Part shown: positions 36,929 to 46,313 of the stretch, piece by piece
Layout of the letters: each line of letters opens with the position of its first letter
How positions within the stretch are numbered: position 1 is the stretch's first letter
Source: an uncultured virus (IMG/VR IMGVR_UViG_3300027627_000004)
Lineage: Duplodnaviria; Heunggongvirae; Uroviricota; Caudoviricetes
Strand: one strand, 5' to 3'
IMG/VR virus record: IMGVR_UViG_3300027627_000004
DNA: 64,000 nt
Position numbers and translations under genes: made by a program
The notes under the pieces: model-generated
Told to the model about the DNA's origin: nothing
Databases searched by the model: none
What the model saw: only the letters and a program-made list of their open reading frames with translations

Positions 36929-39900
36929 GTGAAAATCGTATTATCCAAAGTTAGAGCTAAAAAATCAGAAGCTCAAAATGAAAAACCTTTAAAAGTATCT
37001 ATTACTCTTTATGGGGATAGTTCTAAAGGTATTAATGCGGGCAAAAAAATATATTTTTATGTCCAAGAAGACGGGCAATTAAGTTTAGCAGGGCTATTCC
37101 CAAATGGAGTAGATGCTTCGGTATACGATTTTAGCAATGAAAATTTATTCAAAGATAGATCAACTTCCGTATTCAATATAAGTAAAGAGTTAGATAAACT
37201 AAAGGGTTCCCGCATTGATCCTACTTACTTAGAAATAAATCGTGTCGAAAAAGGATCAAATGGAAATCTAGTATCGGGACTACTTCATAATGCCTACGAT
37301 CCTAGACTTACCCATCTAGACCGTTCCGAAAAAACGGAATTTGGTGAAGGTAAATTCAAGTTAGACGATGTAGTAGCTTTTTATGATGGCACCTATTTTA
37401 ATTTAGTACTTTCGCCTATGGCGACTAAAATTGAAAGCATCGTTAATCAACAACGCACTGCGTTTATTGATTTTGAATCCGCTGAGAGCGAATCGAAAGA
37501 AAAAGAAAAAGCTAAGAGGGTAATAGACTACACGGCTAGCCTACTTAAACCCCATGCCTATGAGATATTCAAAATAAAAGACGACATGGTTTATTTTGTT
37601 ACCAAGTCAGGAAAATGGCAGGCGTTTAATATCGCAGGTCATAGAAAAATAGACTTGTGGGATAAACAGCGTATTTATGAACATATCACTAAAGAACAAA
37701 TCAAAGATACAAGATCAATTAAAGAAAACTTCCATAGTAAAAGCATTAAAGATCGTTTCCTATTAAAAGATCTAGCTCCTATATTTGCTGATGAAGTTTT
37801 GTCTTCTAGGGAAAACGATAAGCAAGAGTTAGAGACTATAATAAAAAAATCAGAATCTATAAAACCCTCAGATGGACTAGAGCCTATTGAAGGAATTAAA
37901 GAGGGGGTGGAATTACTACCTCACCAAGCTTATATCATAGCCAAGACTAAAGACCGCGACCGCTTACCTATAGATGTAGATCCAGGTGGGGGTAAGACTT
38001 TATGCATTATTGCAGATGCTCTTAATCAATTAAAAGAGGATAAGGCAAAGCGTCCGTTAGTTGTTGTGCCTAATAGTCTGGTGTCACAATTCGCTGCAGA
38101 GGTTAGAAGGTTTTCCGATCTAAACCCTTGGGTGATTAATACGCAATCTCTAAAACGCTGGAAAGACGGCAAATTAGAGACAATGATAGCTGATGCTAAA
38201 AAGGCACCAAGTAATACGATTTTTATCACGTCTTATAATTGGCTTGCTGCGGAAAAAAGTGAAGTTGAAAATGGTAAGGTTATAGAAAAAGACGGTAAGC
38301 GCGTTTATCAAACTACTCAAACCTACCCTCGCAGCTATGCATTATTGAACGAAATAGGTATTGATGCAGTATATCTTGATGAAGTCCATACGTTAAAAAA
38401 CGAAAGTCATTTTACTAAAGCTGCTAATATTTTAGCTAAAGTAAAACAGGTTAAAGGATTTACAGGTACTTTGATGCCTGGAAACTTGGTTGATGTGCTA
38501 GGACCTATGGGTGTTATTCACTCGGCAGTGCTGGAGACACCAACGGACTTTGTAAGTAAATATTCGCCTACTAAGTCTATTAACAGTTACCATAAAGATG
38601 CACCTAAAGAGATACGCTCTAAGTTGAAAAACTTTGGTATGCCTCAAGTGAGAAATACGGTTTGGTCAACACTCTTACCTAAATTGCACCGCAAATATCA
38701 CTATGTAAATTTTGATGCTAACCAGCAAAAATATTTCGATAAGCTATTAGATAATACTATAGACGACATCAGAAATGACCCTAGTTTAAAACGGGCTTTT
38801 GAAAAGTTTACTTTGTCTCTTGAAGAAGACGAGCCTATCGTATCTAAAAGTTTGTTAGACCGATTCTCTACCTTAGAGACTTTTGTTAATGCTCCGGCTG
38901 AAGCCAAGTCTTTTTTGCGTGATATTTTAACAGGCGATGCCGCAATCAGTCCTAAGATGAAAATTATTAACGATATCGTGAGTAAACATTTATCCGATGT
39001 AAATAACGGTAAGGTAATTATTTTTTGTCAGTATGAAAAATCAGCACAAGCTATTTATGAAAATTTGGCTTCAAATCTAAAATCTAAAGCCGCCATGTAT
39101 AAGGGTGGTATGGTTGATGTACTAAGCCAATTCAAAAACGAAGAATCCAATTTAAAGATTCTAGTCGGTGTCGATGCTACGCTGCGCATAGGGCATAACC
39201 TGCAAGTAGCCAACTGTATCATTCATGCGGACACGCTTTGGATGTCTGGTGATATGAGGCAAAGAGAAGCTAGGGCTAGAAGGTTAAAACAACCACGAGA
39301 GGTATATGTACATCATGTACTAGTTAAAGGATCACATGAATTACTTAAAAACGCACGTATCCTTTCTCAAGAGCATACGATAGCAAAAGCTAATTCTGAT
39401 TTTGAAGATGAAACTATGCTTCCTCATGTTGAAATGACACTAAAAGGCATGAGGGACTTTAGGGCTGTTGAGAAAATAGAGCCTTTTGTATCGAGACAGG
39501 AAAAGTTAGAAACATTTGCCGAAAAACAAACAGAAAAAGATAAAGAATTTTTCGGTACAAGAGTTATGGCACCTACACGTTATGAAGCCCTGTCTAAAGG
39601 CAAAAAGTTAGCTGTGGTTCCATCGACTGACGTGTTTGAAGGTGACTTCAACGATTCAAAATACATTATCGAAGAAGAATTAGAGGAAATGAAGTGGGAA
39701 GATAAACCACCAACACTTCTTAAATTTAATTTTCAAAATACAAACAATAGATGGTTTCTAACTGCGTTTAAGACAAGCGACCCTAACGGCTTCGTTAGAC
39801 GCTTAGGTTTCTTACTACAGCCTCCTTACTACTATATTGAGGTAAGTGCTAAAGGCAGTATATCTTCTATTATCGACGACATTGAATCCGCAGATATAGA

Positions 39901-40324
39901 AATTATAGACAAAGACGTTTTATTGTCTGGTATTTCTCGCAGCCCTATTACCAAAGGTGCAACCAAGGGAATACTGAAGCAATTAGAACAACGCAGCAGG
40001 CAAGTTACTTCAGCTAAAGAAGAAGCCCTTAAATACCAAGTTAATTTAGATTTCTCTACGGTCGATGGTTACCCTCTCATTGTCACTAAAAATGTGAAAA
40101 TAGGATCTAAAGAAGGATCTATTTTAAAACGTAAAGGGTTTAAAGAGGGCATTAGCTACTGGTATTTACCTATTACACGTACTCGCCTATTGGATTTGTT
40201 TAAGAAGTTGCAGCATCAATATCCAGACGTAAGAATTGCCGACTGGGATAATTTTAAGAAATTATCCAATACGCTTTTCAAGGTAGATATTAAGGATTTC
40301 GATGAGTTAGGGGAGAAAGTATGA
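36929..40324 (+). CDS. SNF2-family helicase/ATPase, probably virion-associated
   Basis: LLPHQ, DPGGGKT, DEVH, FTGT, KVIIFCQY, GHNLQ, QREARARR; leader MKIVLSKVRA. Confidence 0.9.
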   Translation: MKIVLSKVRAKKSEAQNEKPLKVSITLYGDSSKGINAGKKIYFYVQEDGQLSLAGLFPNGVDASVYDFSNENLFKDRSTSVFNISKELDKLKGSRIDPTYLEINRVEKGSNGNLVSGLLHNAYDPRLTHLDRSEKTEFGEGKFKLDDVVAFYDGTYFNLVLSPMATKIESIVNQQRTAFIDFESAESESKEKEKAKRVIDYTASLLKPHAYEIFKIKDDMVYFVTKSGKWQAFNIAGHRKIDLWDKQRIYEHITKEQIKDTRSIKENFHSKSIKDRFLLKDLAPIFADEVLSSRENDKQELETIIKKSESIKPSDGLEPIEGIKEGVELLPHQAYIIAKTKDRDRLPIDVDPGGGKTLCIIADALNQLKEDKAKRPLVVVPNSLVSQFAAEVRRFSDLNPWVINTQSLKRWKDGKLETMIADAKKAPSNTIFITSYNWLAAEKSEVENGKVIEKDGKRVYQTTQTYPRSYALLNEIGIDAVYLDEVHTLKNESHFTKAANILAKVKQVKGFTGTLMPGNLVDVLGPMGVIHSAVLETPTDFVSKYSPTKSINSYHKDAPKEIRSKLKNFGMPQVRNTVWSTLLPKLHRKYHYVNFDANQQKYFDKLLDNTIDDIRNDPSLKRAFEKFTLSLEEDEPIVSKSLLDRFSTLETFVNAPAEAKSFLRDILTGDAAISPKMKIINDIVSKHLSDVNNGKVIIFCQYEKSAQAIYENLASNLKSKAAMYKGGMVDVLSQFKNEESNLKILVGVDATLRIGHNLQVANCIIHADTLWMSGDMRQREARARRLKQPREVYVHHVLVKGSHELLKNARILSQEHTIAKANSDFEDETMLPHVEMTLKGMRDFRAVEKIEPFVSRQEKLETFAEKQTEKDKEFFGTRVMAPTRYEALSKGKKLAVVPSTDVFEGDFNDSKYIIEEELEEMKWEDKPPTLLKFNFQNTNNRWFLTAFKTSDPNGFVRRLGFLLQPPYYYIEVSAKGSISSIIDDIESADIEIIDKDVLLSGISRSPITKGATKGILKQLEQRSRQVTSAKEEALKYQVNLDFSTVDGYPLIVTKNVKIGSKEGSILKRKGFKEGISYWYLPITRTRLLDLFKKLQHQYPDVRIADWDNFKKLSNTLFKVDIKDFDELGEKV

Positions 40325-40731
40325 GACTTATATTATCTAAATACCCTCGACCTTTTAAAGAAAAACACAAAGGCGATTCAACTATAATATATGAAACCGG
40401 CAAGCGTGTTACAGATTATGGTGACTTGCAGAATGCTTTCGATGAATACGTGGAGGAGACTGAGGGTGATACAGGTCCAACGACAGTTATGCTTGATATA
40501 GCACCACATCATAACGTCCAACCTCAAACTGAAGGCACCTATCCTACACAGTATAATTACGATAAGAAGGTTTTATCTGAATTTGAAGAAGCCGTAAAAA
40601 AGTTTAAACCCTCGGCTATTGATGTTTTAAAAACAGCTAGTAGAATCCAAGATCAAAAAATAAAAGATCAGATTCTATCTATGCTTTTTAAAGACGACAC
40701 ATGGCTGGCTGAGATTTGTGACTATTTATAG
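40321..40731 (+). CDS. Hypothetical protein
   Basis: ATG overlaps the helicase stop; MRLILSK start resembles the helicase start. Confidence 0.7.
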   Translation: MRLILSKYPRPFKEKHKGDSTIIYETGKRVTDYGDLQNAFDEYVEETEGDTGPTTVMLDIAPHHNVQPQTEGTYPTQYNYDKKVLSEFEEAVKKFKPSAIDVLKTASRIQDQKIKDQILSMLFKDDTWLAEICDYL

Positions 40732-40758
40732 GCATAATTATTATTGAAGGATTAAAAC

Positions 40759-42093
40759 ATGATCAACTTCTTTTCCCAAGTAAAAAATAAATACTCTCTC
40801 GTCACGGCTGATTTCAAGTCAGTTGAGAAAAAGTTCGTTGACCAAGGAATAGAAGAGCCTTTGGTTAAAGACTACCTTTCTAAGTTCAAGTCTCTTCGAG
40901 ACAAGAATAAACTCTCTGGTGATGAGAAGAATATCGACGTTTGGGCTAAGAAGAGTTTTGAGGAGTTTAGAGAAAAACTAGACGAGCTTTCCAAAGAGAA
41001 AACAAAAACTGCAAAAAAGAAAGAAGCTCGCACCGAGGGAGCAAAGCTGATCGCTGAGAACGAAGGCTGGCGAGTTTACGAAATCTCAAACCACAAAGCT
41101 GCTATGGCTTACGGTGCAGATACAAAGTGGTGCATTACTCAAGCTGACGGAAGGCAGTACAATAGCCACAGTGACACAAACAATATCTACTATCTTTTGT
41201 CTAAGACTCTTAATACGCGAGAGAACACGTGGGCTAAGATTGCTCTCTTGGTAGATACCAAAGGTAACAAAACCTACTGGGACGTGCTGGACCAAGACCA
41301 CGAAAGTGTGCCCAAAGAACTTAAAATACCTAAGTTTAAAGTAGAAAATGCAGTTCATCGAGTTACCATCGACGGTAAAAAATATGACGTGATGAAATTA
41401 CCAGAAAACTTGAAAGTAAGTGGGCATTTATATCTCGTCGGCGCTCCTATCACCTCGTTGCCCGCAGGGCTTCAGGTCGATGGGTATTTAGATCTCGGCT
41501 ACACTAAGATCACCTCTTTGCCCGCAGGGCTTAAGGTCGGTGGGAGTTTAGATCTCGGCTACACTAAGATCACCTCGTTGCCCGCAGGGCTTAAGGTCGA
41601 TGGGGATTTAGATCTCGGCTACACTAAGATCACCTCGTTGCCCGCAGGGCTTAAGGTCGGTGGGGATTTAAATCTCAAAGGCACTCCCATCACCTCGTTG
41701 CCCGCAGGGCTTAAGGTCGATGGGGATTTAGATCTCGGCTACACTAAGATCACCTCGTTGCCCGCAGGGCTTAAGGTCGGTGGGGATTTAAATCTCGAAG
41801 GCACTCCTATCACCGAGTTGCCCGCAGGGCTTCAGGTCGATGGGTATTTAAGTCTCGAAGGCACTCCTATCACCTCGTTGCCCGCAGGGCTTAAAGTCGA
41901 TGGGAGTTTATATCTCAGTGACACTAAGATCACCTCTTTGCCCGCAGAGCTTCAGGTCGGTAGGTCTTTAAATCTCCGTAACACTAAGATCACCTCTTTG
42001 CCCGACGACTTAAACGTAGAAGATAAGATCTACGTCGATGACCCCGCTAAAATCCAGTGCTCTGACAAGATAAGAAAGAAGCTCACCACATGA
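40759..42093 (+). CDS. Leader + TKWC-motif domain + 10 variable 20-aa leucine-rich repeats
   Basis: MINFFSQVKNKYSLVTAD; YGADTKWCIT; ITSLPAGLKVxGxLxLxxT repeats with C-cap. Confidence 0.9.
   Translation: MINFFSQVKNKYSLVTADFKSVEKKFVDQGIEEPLVKDYLSKFKSLRDKNKLSGDEKNIDVWAKKSFEEFREKLDELSKEKTKTAKKKEARTEGAKLIAENEGWRVYEISNHKAAMAYGADTKWCITQADGRQYNSHSDTNNIYYLLSKTLNTRENTWAKIALLVDTKGNKTYWDVLDQDHESVPKELKIPKFKVENAVHRVTIDGKKYDVMKLPENLKVSGHLYLVGAPITSLPAGLQVDGYLDLGYTKITSLPAGLKVGGSLDLGYTKITSLPAGLKVDGDLDLGYTKITSLPAGLKVGGDLNLKGTPITSLPAGLKVDGDLDLGYTKITSLPAGLKVGGDLNLEGTPITELPAGLQVDGYLSLEGTPITSLPAGLKVDGSLYLSDTKITSLPAELQVGRSLNLRNTKITSLPDDLNVEDKIYVDDPAKIQCSDKIRKKLTT
41395..42003 (+). repeat. 60-bp tandem repeat array encoding LRRs
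   Basis: Visible 60-nt periodicity of cccgcagggctt(a/c)aggtcg...atcacctcgttg. Confidence 0.95.
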
Positions 42094-44453
42094 TCAACTT
42101 CTTTTCCCAAGTAAAAAATAAATACTCTCTCGTCACGGCTGATTTCAAATCAGTTGAGAAAAAGTTCGTTGACCAAGGAATAGAAGAGCCTTTGGTTAAA
42201 GACTACCTAGCTAAGTTCAAAGCTTTAAGAGACAAAAATAAACTCTCTGGGGACGAGAAGAATATTGACGTTTGGGCTAAGAAGAGTTTTGAGGAATTTA
42301 AAACCAAACTAGACGAGCTTTCTAAAGAGAAAACAAAAACTGCAAAAAAGAAAGAAGCTCGCACCGAGGGAGCAAAGCTGATCGCTGAGAACGAAGGCTG
42401 GCGAGTTTACGAGATCACGTCACATAAAGCAGCGATGCTTTATGGATCAGATACAAAGTGGTGCATTACTCAAGCTGACGGAAGGCAGTACAATAGCCAC
42501 AGTGACACAAAGAATATCTACTATCTTTTGTCTAAGACTCTTAATACGCGAGAGAACACGTGGGCTAAGGTTGCTCTTTTAGTAGACTCTCAAGGTAGGA
42601 AAACCTACTGGGACGTGCTAGACCAAGACCATAGCGCGGTTCCAGCAGAACTAAAAATTCCTAAGTTTAAAGTAGAAAACGCAGTTCATCTAGTTACCCT
42701 CGACGGTAAAAAATATGACGTGCTGAAATTACCAGAAAACCTAAAAGTAAGTCGGGATTTAAATCTCAAAGGCACTGCTATCACCTCGTTGCCCGCAGGG
42801 CTTCAGGTCGGTGGGTTTTTAAATCTCCGTGGCACTCCCATCACTAGATTGCCCGCAGGGCTTCAGGTCGGTGGGTATTTAGATCTCGTCGGCACTCCCA
42901 TCACTAGATTGCCCTCAGGGCTTAAAGTCGATGGGGATTTAGGTCTCGGTGACACTAAGATCACCGAGTTGCCCTCAGGGCTTAAGGTCGGTGGGCATTT
43001 ATTTCTCGGCTTCACTCCCATCACCTCGTTGCCCGCAGGGCTTAAGGTCGGTGGGAGTTTAGATCTCGGCTACACTAAGATCACCTCGTTGCCCGACGAC
43101 TTAAACGTAGAAGATAAGATCTACGTCAATGACCCCGCTAAAATTCAGTGCTCTGACGAGATAAGAAAGAAGCTCACCACACGAAACCCCTGGTCAAACA
43201 ACTTCTTCAAGGTCGGTGGGAGTTTAGATCTCGGCTACACTAAGATCACCTCGTTGCCCGCAGGGCTTAAGGTCGGTGGGAGTTTAGATCTCGGCTACAC
43301 TAAGATCACCTCGTTGCCCGACGACTTAAACGTAGAAGATAAGATCTACGTCAATGACCCCGCTAAAATTCAGTGCTCTGACGAGATAAGAAAGAAGCTC
43401 ACCACACGAAACCCCTGGTCAAACAACTTCTTTTCCCAAGTAAAAAATAAATACTCTCTCGTCACGGCTGATTTCAAGTCAGTTGAGAAAAAGTTCGTTG
43501 ACCAAGGAATAGAAGAGCCTTTGGTTAAAGACTACCTTTCTAAGTTCAAGTCTCTTCGAGACAAGAATAAACTCTCTGGGGACGAGAAGAATATTGACGT
43601 TTGGGCTAAGAAAAGCTTTGAGGAGTTTAGAGAAAAACTAGACGAGCTTTCTAAAGAGAAAACAAAAACTGCAAAAAAGAAAGAAGCTCGCACTGAGGGA
43701 GCTAAGCTCATAGCTGAGAACGAAGGCTGGCGAGTTTACGAGATCACGTCACATAAAGCAGCGATGCTCTACGGTGCAGATACTAAATGGTGTATTACTC
43801 AAGCTGACGGGGAGCACTACAAGGACTACAGTGACACAAACAATATCTACTATCTTTTGTCTAAGACTCTTAATACGCGAGAGAACACGTGGGCTAAGGT
43901 TGCTCTTTTAGTAGACTCTAAAGGTAAGAAAACCTACTGGGACGTGCTAGACCAAGACCATAGCGCGGTTCCAGCAGAACTAAAAATACCTAAGTTTAAA
44001 GTAGAAAATGCAGTTCATCGAGTTACCATCGACGGTAAAAAATATGACGTGATGAAATTACCAGAAAACCTAAAAGTAAGTGGGGATTTAGATCTCGGCT
44101 ACACTAAGATCACCTCGTTGCCCGCAGGGCTTAAGGTCGATGGGGATTTAGATCTCGGCTACACTAAGATCACCTCGTTGCCCGCAGGGCTCACGGTCGG
44201 TGGGAATTTATATCTCTACGGCACTCCTATCACCTCGTTGCCCGCAGGGCTTAAGGTCGATGGGCATTTAGATCTCCGAGGCACTCCTATCACCTCGTTG
44301 CCCGCAGGGCTTCAGGTCGGTGGGAGTTTATTTCTCCGAGGCACTAAGATCACCTCTTTGCCCGACGACTTAAACGTAGAAGATAAGATCTACGTCGATG
44401 ACCCCGCTAAAATTCAGTGCTCAGACGAGCTAAGAAAGAAGCTCACCACATGA
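42090..44453 (+). CDS. Fused second and third copies of the TKWC-LRR gene
   Basis: Two full units (second begins ~43425) joined by RNPWSN, with a duplicated LRR/cap segment at ~43209-43432. Confidence 0.75.
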   Translation: MINFFSQVKNKYSLVTADFKSVEKKFVDQGIEEPLVKDYLAKFKALRDKNKLSGDEKNIDVWAKKSFEEFKTKLDELSKEKTKTAKKKEARTEGAKLIAENEGWRVYEITSHKAAMLYGSDTKWCITQADGRQYNSHSDTKNIYYLLSKTLNTRENTWAKVALLVDSQGRKTYWDVLDQDHSAVPAELKIPKFKVENAVHLVTLDGKKYDVLKLPENLKVSRDLNLKGTAITSLPAGLQVGGFLNLRGTPITRLPAGLQVGGYLDLVGTPITRLPSGLKVDGDLGLGDTKITELPSGLKVGGHLFLGFTPITSLPAGLKVGGSLDLGYTKITSLPDDLNVEDKIYVNDPAKIQCSDEIRKKLTTRNPWSNNFFKVGGSLDLGYTKITSLPAGLKVGGSLDLGYTKITSLPDDLNVEDKIYVNDPAKIQCSDEIRKKLTTRNPWSNNFFSQVKNKYSLVTADFKSVEKKFVDQGIEEPLVKDYLSKFKSLRDKNKLSGDEKNIDVWAKKSFEEFREKLDELSKEKTKTAKKKEARTEGAKLIAENEGWRVYEITSHKAAMLYGADTKWCITQADGEHYKDYSDTNNIYYLLSKTLNTRENTWAKVALLVDSKGKKTYWDVLDQDHSAVPAELKIPKFKVENAVHRVTIDGKKYDVMKLPENLKVSGDLDLGYTKITSLPAGLKVDGDLDLGYTKITSLPAGLTVGGNLYLYGTPITSLPAGLKVDGHLDLRGTPITSLPAGLQVGGSLFLRGTKITSLPDDLNVEDKIYVDDPAKIQCSDELRKKLTT

Positions 44454-44530
44454 CCAACTTCTTTTCCCAAGTAAAAAATAAATACTCTCTCGTCACGGCT
44501 CGCTTCGTGATCGATCCGGTCAGAAAGTGA
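44450..44530 (+). pseudogene. Fourth leader copy fused to unrelated, degraded sequence
   Basis: MTNFFSQVKNKYSLVTA-RFVIDPVRK*; identity with the LRR genes ends exactly at VTA (44500). Confidence 0.7.
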
Positions 44531-44736
44531 CCTGGGTCGCACCGATGCGGCTAAGGATCTTTTATGGTCAGTTGACTTTGACGACTACGAGGAAGCACCA
44601 GAAGATGCGGACGAAGATGGGATGGTGGCTTGGCATTGGGTGCATGACATTTTTTGCAATTGAAATCCAGGGCAAAATTGACTGGGACGGCGCTACGTGG
44701 GGTTAACGGTGTTTATGAAAAACATAAACGAATTTA

Positions 44737-44773
44737 AAAGGTGGCGACCATAAAAGGTCACCACCTAATTTTT
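44737..44773. terminator. Bidirectional terminator
   Basis: aaaa-ggtggcgacc-ataaaa-ggtcaccacc-taattttt between convergent genes. Confidence 0.7.
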
Positions 44774-45230
44774 AGGTAAGGTTACTCAAAAAGTTTTTGA
44801 CTTCGTTTTTTTGGTCCGAAGTCAAATACGAGCTGTTGAAAATGAACCGCAGGTGGTTCTTAGACTTCTCAGTCACCGCGTAAAACAATGATTGTGGATA
44901 CTCTTTGATCTTCTCAACAAGGTCTTCAGCTACTTTAGGCTTTTCAACAGCCGCACCTAAATGACCGTAACCTGTTTCTAATGCTGTTTGAGACAGACTG
45001 CAAAAACGGTTAAAGGCTCTAGAAGCCGAGGGTACTTTTTTGATCTGATTTTTATTGGGCTTGGTCTGCGCTTGAAAGTTGGCAATAATTTGCTCATACG
45101 TCAAGGGCACCAATTTCTGAGTAGTCTGCGAAGAAATACCAAACGGGGTAGTTTTAAGTACAGTTTCCTCTACAACAAATTGAAGCGTTTGACCTGGGTG
45201 TACCGTTACAACGTCTTGTGTCTCTGACAT
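44772..45230 (-). CDS. Hypothetical protein
   Basis: RBS aaggag before MSETQDVV; sigma70-like TTGCGC/TATGGT upstream. Confidence 0.7.
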   Translation of the reverse strand: MSETQDVVTVHPGQTLQFVVEETVLKTTPFGISSQTTQKLVPLTYEQIIANFQAQTKPNKNQIKKVPSASRAFNRFCSLSQTALETGYGHLGAAVEKPKVAEDLVEKIKEYPQSLFYAVTEKSKNHLRFIFNSSYLTSDQKNEVKNFLSNLT

Positions 45231-45356
45231 TTTCAACTCCTTTTAAAACTCAATTAAAACTGACCAGACCATACCATACGTTTAGATACGCGCAACTGTT
45301 TATTTAGATACGCGCAACTGTTTATTTCCGAATCAGATTTAATAGTCTAAACAAAA

Positions 45357-46313
45357 ATGAGGTTTTATTTGTTCAACGCTAAGGTAAAAACAAAATACAT
45401 TTTGGCAGATTACCAAAAATGGCGCGGTAGATTTGTACATTACTCGGACTTTCCCGAATTAAAAATAAATCCCAAGACTTGGCATCGTGATCCAGCCGCT
45501 ATTTATTTATTCCCAGAAAACTTCCGTACAAAAGGAAGCTGGCATAAGAAAAAATATAAATTTGCTGTCGATGTACCTGATTCTCTTAAAGTCTTAGACC
45601 TATCAGACATAAAAACTGAGGAAGATGCAAGATCTTTAGTCAAAAAACTTAAAGTCTCACCCGATAAACTCGACTACTTCCTAGAGCACGACAAACCAGC
45701 TAAAGCCGCTTGGAGTTGCTTACAGCAGGTCTTTGAGAGAAAGTCTGGTCTTTTCAATAAGTTATTAAGGCAGGCAGGTTACGACGCGGTGTTTGACGAT
45801 ACGGATTCAATCTTTTCAGACGAAGTACAACTGCTAGTTTTAGATCCGACCAAAATTAAAGCCAAGCTAATCCCCTCGACTGGCAGTGGTTATAAAGAGG
45901 TCATAGAAATATTCGACTATATTAAAGACCAAGGTGCAAAGTTTGGTAAGGTAAAAGCAGATAATCCGATTAAAAAATTTGAGTCTTGGGATAAAAAAAA
46001 TATAATAAAGGCAGGCATAAGTATTATAAGTGATAAGCCAGAAGATGTTAAAGAGGAATATGAAAAGAACTATTTAAGTTTAAAAATCATAGCAACCCCA
46101 GAGCAGCAATTATCTAATAGAGAAAAACTGGTACAATATAAGCACTCGACTGATCCAGCCGCAGAAATTGAGGTATACCTTCAGTATTCTAATCCGGATT
46201 TAAAGGATAGAAAATTCCTGTATAGAAAAGATTTAAGAGACTTTAATATGGAAGATGTCAAAAAAACAATTGATGATCTTTTCCATCATTTTTTTGTAGA
46301 GCTTAAAAAATGA
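45357..46313 (+). CDS. Putative ADP-ribosyltransferase-like protein with leader
   Basis: FVHYS, AIYLFP, LRQAGYDAVFD, EVQLLVLDPTKIK; leader ...KVKTKYILAD; AGATT at 45335. Confidence 0.5.
   Translation: MRFYLFNAKVKTKYILADYQKWRGRFVHYSDFPELKINPKTWHRDPAAIYLFPENFRTKGSWHKKKYKFAVDVPDSLKVLDLSDIKTEEDARSLVKKLKVSPDKLDYFLEHDKPAKAAWSCLQQVFERKSGLFNKLLRQAGYDAVFDDTDSIFSDEVQLLVLDPTKIKAKLIPSTGSGYKEVIEIFDYIKDQGAKFGKVKADNPIKKFESWDKKNIIKAGISIISDKPEDVKEEYEKNYLSLKIIATPEQQLSNREKLVQYKHSTDPAAEIEVYLQYSNPDLKDRKFLYRKDLRDFNMEDVKKTIDDLFHHFFVELKK

Noticed and set aside
41395..44360. 60-bp repeats as CRISPR or a confirmed DGR
   Set aside because: In-frame coding repeats; no RT or template repeat in the window (DGR kept only as a hypothesis)
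45281..45324. 22-bp tandem duplication tttagatacgcgcaactgttta
   Set aside because: Simple local duplication in a promoter region; no further structure
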